Of a DNA stretch of 16,275 nt, positions 9,569 through 16,275 are shown in pieces. Every line of letters begins with the position of its first letter. Within the stretch, counting starts at the first letter, position 1. The position numbers were made by a program, and so were the translations under genes. Where the stretch lies: the NCBI GenBank assembly GCA_043228905.1, contig JBHGNT010000754.1:1-16275 (forward strand), written 5' to 3'. The notes beneath the pieces are model-generated. The model was not told the DNA's origin. It did no database searches and was given only the letters and a program-made list of their open reading frames with translations. The DNA is from Azolla caroliniana (lineage: Eukaryota > Plantae > Polypodiophyta).

Positions 9569-10353
9569 ATGTTTGCAAAAGGAGAAAAGGTCGAATCAGA
9601 CATCGACCTATGGCACAAGCGGATAGGCCACATCAACTATTCAAAGCTTCATGAACTGCAGTCGAAACATGTGGTTTTCGGACTACCGAAGTTTAGTGGT
9701 CGGAAGGCCCAAATATGGGAAGCTTGCCAACTCAGGAAGCAACATAGGCTTCCGTTCCCCAATGAGAAGAATCAAAGCTAGACACAAATATATGGGGACC
9801 GACAAGTTGTGTGAGCATGGGCTAGAGCCGATATTTCGTCTTCTTCATCGACCACTTCAGCCAACACACTCGGGTATACCTCATTGAGAAGAAAAGCGAA
9901 GTCATCTCCTATTTTCGAGCCCTGAAAAGTCTAGTCGAAAGGGAAACAAAGAGGAAAATCAAGTGTCTAAGGCCGGATAACGGAAAAGAATAATTTTCTA
10001 GTTAGTTCACCAACTATCTGTAGACAAAGGGAATCCGTAAGGAGTTCTCTTGTAGATAAACGCCGGAGCAAAACAACGTGGCTGAGAGACGGAACTGGAC
10101 AATGGTAGAAACGGCTCGGGAAATGCTGGAGGAAAAGACCATGCCCAGGATCAATTCGGCCGAAGCAATCCAAATGGTCATCTACATCCAAAATCGGATT
10201 TCTACCCCCGGAGCAAAGATGTCGCCGCATGAGTTGTATTTCGGGTGCAAGCGAAACGTGAGACATGTTAGGGTGTTCAATAGCATTGAATATGTGCATG
10301 TGCCGAATGAGAAGAAGAGAAAGTTGGATGCTAAGGTTGAGCTACTTGCATGA
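9569..10353 (+). pseudogene. Copia A, part 2: GAG-pre-integrase, integrase core and start of the SH3-like domain
   Basis: MFAKGEKVESDIDLWHKRIGHIN..EACQLRKQHRLPFP; IWGP; YFVFFIDHFS; IKCLRPDNGKE; PEQNNVAERRN; YVHVPNEKKRKLDAK. This is the next expected domain after part 1. Assignment to the same copy as part 1 is inferred from domain order. Confidence 0.88.
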
Positions 10354-11435
10354 TGTCGCATAATTACACGTACATGTAAGAACGAAGGTGGGACCGCAGG
10401 GGTCCTAGACCGAGGAGCGTGAGAAAGAGGGAAAGTGAAACAAAGAGCGCGTGTTGGGCAAGCGTTGAATTTGCCAGCAAGCACAGAGCTCGACTGACTC
10501 GGTTCAGTTCCGATCAATGCAGGAGATAATTAGAAGAGAAAGAAACCCTAAATCGATTAGGAAAGGATTACAACCCGCTCGCCTGTAACTGAGCCTCTAC
10601 TCAGTCGACAACACTCTCTCACACACACAACATAGGCGAGAAAAGACCTGGATCCTCTATCGCGAGCGCATGAGCTTCGTACATGAACAACATCGTCCGG
10701 CAAAAGAACTCCTGTAGAGGACTTGGTGTTGTCTGTCTGGCCGGACTAGCCTCAACACAGGTGTCTATCCGACACTTCTCCAAAGGGGTGGTAAGGATTG
10801 GATGCTAGGTTACACGCGTAAGATGATTACAATTAAGCACAGACGGTAAACAATACGAGATACAGATAAACACGCAATAATCACTATTGTATTACTTCCG
10901 TCAAACACTTTTTAAATCATCGGATCCTTTTATAGGCATCCGGCAAGGTTACAATCGGTGCGCTTAGGCAACCGACATCCGAATCGGTCCGGATCCGGAT
11001 CGGTACCACTGTACCGGATCCGTCCCTCCGAATAATAATTCTACTATTATTTACTTCTTATTATCCGATCCGATTCCGCCTTCCCACTTGTCCTTCCTCT
11101 TCTGACCGGCCAACACTTGGTAACGATCGGTGGTCGGTCCCTAGTCTGACAACACTTCCTCCTCCCAAAACATGGATCCCCAACTCAGTCCTCTCTCCCT
11201 CCTTTTTACAAACCAAGGAGAGAGAGGGCTATAACATCCAGTAGTTATTCTCTGCCCTTTCAGACAGAGATTTTCCTAGATTTATTCGTCCTATTAAAGC
11301 TTCCTACGTCATGCCAACCTAGCCTAGTCCTAGGTTATTTACAAACATAGTTTTAAATTAGCGTGCATCTGTGCATGTTGCGGTTCACACGCCTTTGGTC
11401 TCTGTTTCTTCTTGTAGCCGGTTTTCCCCACGACA
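10354..11435 (-). mobile_element. Solo LTR 2 (1082 bp) with 4-bp TSD ATGA
   Basis: TGTCG...CGACA termini; ATGA at 10350-10353 and 11436-11439. Removing the insert restores tac ttg cat gag tag aag ggg cac aag tgc tac (YLHE*KGHKCY, compare YSDEQKGYKCY). Minus-strand TATAAAA at 10934-10928. Confidence 0.93.
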
Positions 11436-12085
11436 ATGAGTAGAAGGGGCACAAGTGCTACAAGCCCTGGACAAAGCAAGTGAGAGTGAGTCATGATGTC
11501 TTCTTGGACGAATCATTGTCTTGGTATTCTCTTTTGTCTCTGACCCCCGAAGACTCAAAGCTGATTGTTGGAGGTGAGGCCAATGAGACCAACTCTCTGA
11601 AAGAGGGAGACATTGGAACTCAAGAGGGGAGTCTGATCTCATTTTGGTTGAGTGGGCTGAATGAGAGACTGAGTCGGAATGACCAGTTGAATGATGAGTC
11701 GGCGATTAGTGGAGACTCGGCCATGCAGTCCCTGCACCAGAAATGAAGCAGATGTTTACACGCAACGAGATGGGGAAGATGAAGATGCCGGAGTATGGGA
11801 CTGAAGCTGATGCATCGGATTGGAGTGAGTTCAACACGGTCGGGAGCATGAAAGGACCTCCGGAAATGAGATCGGAATCGGCCCAGAGGGCCTTGAAATC
11901 AGCGATGTAGAAGTTCTACCGATCAACATGCCAAAAGAACTCGTAACTCGGTATGGGTACAATGACTACATGGTGCATCACTATGTGTATATAACGAAGG
12001 TGGTGGAAGAACGTGAGCCAGATAGCTACATAGAAGCGGCCAAGGATATGAATTGGCGTGCCACAATGGAGGAAGAAATGCGTAC
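11436..12085 (+). pseudogene. Copia A, part 3: end of SH3-like domain, IN-RT linker and first residues of RT
   Basis: E*KGHKCYKPWTKQVRVSHDVFLDE, then RYGYNDYM and EPDSYIEAAKDMNWRATMEEEMR (from 12015), cut by an LTR. Confidence 0.9.
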
Positions 12086-12513
12086 TATCGTGGGGGATTC
12101 CGACTACGAGGAGAAAAGGGGTCTGATGCGCGTGAACGGGGGTGTGCAAGGATGCACACGGAAATGTACAAGCACATGTACATAACATAGGACTAATAAG
12201 TGTTAGGTAGTAGGATTTAATGGGTACATTAAGTCCCACATGCATAGAGAATAAGAATTCTATCTGATGGAGGAAATCAAGGGAAATCTCTGCCTAAAAA
12301 CGGATGGCATTATGGTGATGTAACAGCCTCCCCTTGCTCTATAAAAGGGGAGGTTCTAGTTTGTTTGAGGTATCCACAATTTGGGAGGACAAAGCGTTGT
12401 TAGATTGACTCCAAGAAGAAGCTGAAGCCTCTGCTTGTGCAGGAAGCCTGTAAGCTCCCGGCCAGAGGTTCACCGTCCTAAGTTTCTGTGTGTGCGTGTT
12501 TTCCAGAGCGTGT
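12086..12513 (+). mobile_element. 5' part of LTR 3, related to solo LTR 2 and interrupted by gypsy D
   Basis: Starts TATCGTGGGGGATTCCGACTACGAGGAGAAA, which aligns with the solo LTR 2 start TGTCGTGGGGAAAACCGGCTACAAGAAGAAA. Shared blocks GTGAAC..GATGCAC, TAAC(A/C)TAGGACTA and AAATCTCTG(C/T)CT. TATAAAAGGGG at 12340. Confidence 0.8.
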
Positions 12514-13145
12514 TGTGGTGAAGATTTTCGGCAATGGTGTGAAAATCACATAAGACGTACGAAATCAAGTGTCAATAATATAAAACAATAATAGTGAATA
12601 TACTGATTCTAAGTAAGTTTAATATCTTAGTAAAAAAGATGAAGATCTTGAAGAGATGCACTTTACTACATAAGAAACAGACATCTAAGTGACAAGTTAT
12701 GTGGGAGTGAAGTATGAGAAGGAAGAAGAGAAAAATAAAACTGTAAGATATCCCACATAGACAAGAAATAAGGATCTTACCATATATAAGGTAGAGCAAA
12801 AGCTATTATCTTTGTGGCTATGTGTGGAGCATAGAGAGTTCAAGGTGACTTGAACTAAGCTATTGGATGAATGGGTGTGGCCTAGCTTCTTGCAAAGGTT
12901 TTGTCCAACCAAAACCGGACCGGCAACGTAACCGGCATCCGGCAACGGAACCAGGACCCGGTGATTGAACGGTAACCAGCATCCGGCATTCGGCAACGGA
13001 ACCGGCATCCGGCGACTGAACGGTAACTGCCATCCGGCGACCGAAAGGTAACCGACAACTGGTGATGGAACCGGAATCCGGTGACCGACGGTAACCGGCA
13101 GCATCCGGTGAACCGGCGTCTTCTGGCGTCATCCGGCGACTGACG
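12514..13145 (+). mobile_element. Gypsy D 5' LTR, 3'-truncated by an internal deletion
   Basis: TGTGGTGAAGATTTTCGGCAATGG. Ungapped match to the copy at 14015 over about 420 bp, with 24 mismatches by hand count. TATATAAG near 12783 and a CCGG array at 12915-13145. Confidence 0.93.
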
Positions 13146-13942
13146 GTTTGCAAATTTCTACTTGAAGAGGTTGTTTGCCGATACGGATGTGTGGGGAAGA
13201 TAGTGGCCGACCGAGGGGAGTTGGATGCGCACAAAGCGATAGAGCTCGTCGAATGACTAAGCGTGAAGCTCTCTCTCACGACTGCCTACAATCCGGAAGC
13301 GAATGGGAAGATCGAGCAAGGGCATGGACCTATTGTCAAAGCCATCGTACGGGCATGCAACGGTCGAGTCAGGAATTGGCCACCACTATTACCCTATGCC
13401 TTGTGGGCCGACAGAACGACACACAGCTCGGTGATAGGGTATATGCTGATAGAGCTTATGTATGGACAAAAGCCGGTAATGCCCATCGAAAGGACGATCG
13501 CCTCATGGATAGCTATACCGTGGGAGAACGAGATGAGCCGAGAAGAGTTATTAGCGGCGCGGATAAGGCAACTTGAAAGAAGACCTGAAGATCTAGAAAA
13601 AGCGCGAAAGATGATGGAGGCAGCCCGAGTAAAGAACAAAGTTGGATTCAACAACGCGCATCGACTTCATCCCAAAAAGATTGAAGAAGGAGATTGGTTT
13701 ACGACAACAACCTTGACAATCAGCACAGTACAACAAGAAAGTTCACAAGAAGATGGTTCGGGCCGTATGTGGTGACAAGTGCCAACGATAATGCCACATA
13801 CCACCTTGCGGAGCTACACGGATCAAGGTTGGTTGTACCCATTGCGGGAAAAAGAGTAAAGATTTTCAAGAAAAGACAAGACGAGGATCCTGATCTCGAT
13901 CACCTCGATCTCGATCCTAAAGACATGGAGGAATCTGATTGA
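13146..13942 (+). pseudogene. Ty3/gypsy integrase C-terminal half with GPY/F motif and no chromodomain
   Basis: VCKFLLEEVVCRYGCVGKIVADRGE; TTAYNPEANGKIEQGHGPIV; WPPLLPYALWADRTT; GDW, frameshift near 13696, then VYDN..RWFGPYVV..YHLAEL..GKRVKIFKKR; stop at 13940-13942. Confidence 0.93.
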
Positions 13943-14002
13943 TCATCGTTGCCGAAATCTCACTTTCTCTCTTCTTGGCACGTACCGGAGGACGTGCGGT
14001 TT

Positions 14003-14014
14003 GGTGGGGGTGGA
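14003..14014 (+). promoter_or_regulatory. Polypurine-tract-like plus-strand primer of gypsy D
   Basis: GGTGGGGGTGGA abutting the TG of the 3' LTR. Confidence 0.8.
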
Positions 14015-14563
14015 TGTCGTGAAGATTTTCGGCAATGGTGTGAAAATCACATAAGACATATGAAATCAAGTGTCAATCATATAAAACAATAATAGTGAAT
14101 ACACTAATTCTAAGTAAGTTTAATATCTTAGTACAAAAGACGAAGATCTTGAAGAGATGCACTTTCCTACATAAGAAACGAACATCTAAGTGACAAGTTA
14201 TGTAGGAGTGAAGTATGAGAAGGAGGAAGAGAAAAATAAAACTGTGAGATATCCCACATAGACAGGAAATAAGGATCTCACCATATATAAGGTAGAGCAA
14301 AAGCTATTATCTTTGTGGCTATGTGTCGAACATAGAGAGTTCAAGGTGACTTGAACTAAGCTATTGGATGAATGGGTGTGGCCTAACTACTTGCAAAGGT
14401 TTTGCCCAACCAAAACTGGACCGACAACGGAACCGGGACCCGGTGACCGAATGGTAACCGGCATCCGGCAACGGAACCAGGACCCGGTGACTGAACGGTA
14501 ACCGCCATCCAACATCCGGCAATGGAACCGGCATCCGGCGAACCGACGTTATCCGACATCTGG
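14015..14563 (+). mobile_element. Gypsy D 3' LTR, apparently truncated inside the CCGG array
   Basis: TGTCGTGAAGATTTTCGGC, homologous to the copy at 12514 (offset 1501). Similarity ends near 14563 with no TSD matching the left flank GTGT. Confidence 0.92.
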
Positions 14564-14572
14564 ATAGATATA

Positions 14573-14620
14573 TAAATAAATAAATAAATAAATAAATGTA
14601 TACACACATATATATACACA
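14573..14620. repeat. (TAAA)6 microsatellite plus a TA/CA tract
   Basis: taaa x6 at 14573-14596, then tatacacacatatatatacaca. Confidence 0.9.
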
Positions 14621-14622
14621 AA

Positions 14623-14695
14623 GAGTGCAAGTGTAAATTCGAATCTTGCACCTCCTAGTTAAGAGTCAGTAGGCTTACCACTAAGCCATAACATT
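14623..14695 (-). pseudogene. tRNA-Lys(CTT)-derived sequence (SINE-head-like), not a functional tRNA
   Basis: Minus strand: A box TGGCTTAGTGG (14688-14678) with a perfect D stem GCTT/AAGC, anticodon loop CTCTTAA (14665-14659), variable loop AGGT and T loop TTCGAAT. Acceptor, anticodon and T stems are degenerate. Confidence 0.7.
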
Positions 14696-15062
14696 TAGTT
14701 GAATTTATATTTCTATCATTGTACTTTTACATGTAAATTCTCATACATGAGAGCTAAAATGAGTGAGATGGTTATCATGCACCACATGTAATACATGAGC
14801 GCCAAATGGCAAACATGCATTTTATGCATGTCTTGTACCCTCACATGCATCATATGCATGAGAGCATCTATAAAAGGAGGGATGAAAAAGAAGAAGGGTT
14901 AGGCTTTTTTTTTGTTATGAAATTAAGAAGAAGAAAATTTGTTATCGAATTGATCGTGTAACTTGTTTCTTAAAATCTAAAATGAAGAGGTTAATCTTAA
15001 TCTCTCTCAATCTAAAGTCAAGGGTTCTATTCTATCTCAAGCTCTCTCTCTCTTTCAATCTA
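14696..15062 (+). mobile_element. LTR promoter/R/U5 region of gypsy E (boundaries approximate)
   Basis: CATG-rich U3, CTATAAAAGGAGG at 14868 and a (CT)n tract near 15042, lying upstream of a gypsy gag. No clean TG/CA ends or tRNA PBS found. Confidence 0.6.
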
Positions 15063-15284
15063 GCTTAAGTTCTTTCTCGCTAAAGCTTGCGCCAACTTCA
15101 AGTCCTTCCGGTCCAGAACCCCGACGGTTCCACCTCACGATCCGCACATAGTGACAGATCTTCGCGATAACGTATGTCTGATACCGGGCAGGTCTGGTTG
15201 TACTCCTCTTGCATAATCTATTTAGTTTCATTGTATCTTGATTTCTCTCTGTGTTGTGTGCACATCGCCATTCTGTCTCCCTCG

Positions 15285-16275
15285 ATGGCTCACGTTTACC
15301 CAAGTTCCGAGCCCGCGTGGTTGTTGCTTGTTATCCAACGGCCAGTCCAGAACACACATACATTTGATCTTGCGCACTCACTTTCTGACATCCGAGAACT
15401 GATCCGGACCGGGTACGTGACCGTTAACCGATTCGACGAATATATCCAGAAGACCTTCCTACTCCCACCGGCTCGTTGGTCCGAGACCCTCGTGGGCCTG
15501 CCCCATTTCGACACATCCACACGGAATACCCTCGTGAACCCGACGTGAAAGGGGCGACAAAGGAGTTCAAAAATGAAGGGATGTGAACTTGCAGAGGCAA
15601 TGGGGGTGGCCATCGACAGCTTGGTGAATGCTCGTGATGGCAGGAGCACCCTTGACAGAGGCATTGAGGCGATAGTTACCTTTTTTGGTCGATTCAATGG
15701 AAAGGATGGGATGAGCTACCTAGAGGCCTACCAAGCCGAGATGATGATGAGGTATATTCCGAAGGACTGACGGCTGGATAGATTCCTTGAGTCGTTATGT
15801 CGAGCATCCACACTGAGGTGCTCGAGGTGCAAGCAGTCTGTCGTAATTGGGCTGAATTCGAGGGGTTGGTCCTCGAAAGATACGGCTTTGACGACTCGCT
15901 CCAGCTATCAAAGAAGGAATTTATGGATTGGGCTGAGAGCCTCGGCAAGGGAGGGAATACGATGGTGCTGCTTCAGGAGTTTGAAAAGCGGTCCTCGCGA
16001 CTCTTGACACTAGACTAGACAGTGCTCGATACGAGCAAGGTCATGTTGTTTGTGAAGTCGGTCGTCTTGCTTGACTGCAAGATGGTGGGTCTCCTCTTGG
16101 AGGTGGACAAAGGGCTCACGACCCATCGGGTCGCGGTTAAAAGGGTTTCTGGGACACGACACAATTGGAATGATGCAGGGTCGTCGACAACGGGCCTGGC
16201 GGCCGGGAAGAAGCGGGAGGAACCGATCCCGACATGGTCGGAAGAGATGAGACAATAGCTGGAGTCGGATGCGGT
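15285..16275 (+). pseudogene. Ty3/gypsy-type gag of element E, running off the window end
   Basis: ATG 15285 (MAHVYPSSEPAW) is in frame through TGA 15546 to MKGCEL..GRFNGKDGMSYLEAYQAEMMMR. After a frameshift near 15790: NWAEFE..LERYGFDDS..KKEFMDW..LLQEFEKR..KVMLFVKSV. The family call is from recalled similarity and context. Confidence 0.72.

Noticed and set aside
3813-10353. RIP-like hypermutation suggested by many CAA/CAG to TAA/TAG stops
   Set aside because: Stop codons are a biased sample, CpG and CpA remain plentiful, and ordinary methylcytosine deamination is a sufficient explanation.
5082-10353. A single novel retroelement with three integrases
   Set aside because: The three integrases are mutually divergent and separated by an LTR and a deletion junction; nesting plus deletion explains them.
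12572-12799. Hydrophobic 75-aa ORF duplicated at 14073-14300, resembling a small membrane protein pair
   Set aside because: The duplication is explained by the LTR pair. Many differences change amino acids, and the hydrophobicity follows from the T-rich strand.
12915-13145. Repeat arrays as a CRISPR-like locus
   Set aside because: No constant repeat with unique spacers, no cas genes, and a eukaryotic LTR context.
14554-14562. CGACA at 14554-14558 as the true 3' terminus of gypsy D
   Set aside because: The 5' LTR continues past the equivalent position, and the flanks (GTGT vs TCTG) do not form a TSD.
14623-14695. Functional tRNA-Lys gene
   Set aside because: Acceptor, anticodon and T stems do not pair properly; kept only as tRNA-derived.

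Overview
Eukaryotic, land-plant nuclear DNA. A seed-free plant such as a fern, lycophyte or bryophyte is likely, but that is inferred from the retroelement protein types and PLS-PPR debris, not proven. Bases 28-178 are the last coding exon of a pectin methylesterase gene, which the ORF track missed. AT-rich intergenic DNA with a decayed PLS-class PPR fragment follows. From about 2.93 kb to the end is a nested stack of dead LTR retrotransposons. Copia A is split into three pieces (3813-5081, 9569-10353, 11436-12085). It hosts two different Tnt1-like copia fragments (B and C) joined across a minus-strand solo LTR with no matching TSD, and a second minus-strand solo LTR with a clean 4-bp TSD. A related plus-strand LTR follows, interrupted by an internally deleted gypsy (D) whose two LTRs are about 94% identical. 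Last comes a gypsy (E) LTR plus gag, preceded by an antisense tRNA-Lys(CTT)-derived segment. All retroelement ORFs carry stops or frameshifts. I see no intact novel protein-coding system. The most interesting signals are structural or cis-regulatory: the tRNA-derived module at an LTR, the 4-bp TSD, the recombination and deletion chimeras, CCGG-dense LTR arrays, paired CATGCA palindromes and telo-boxes.
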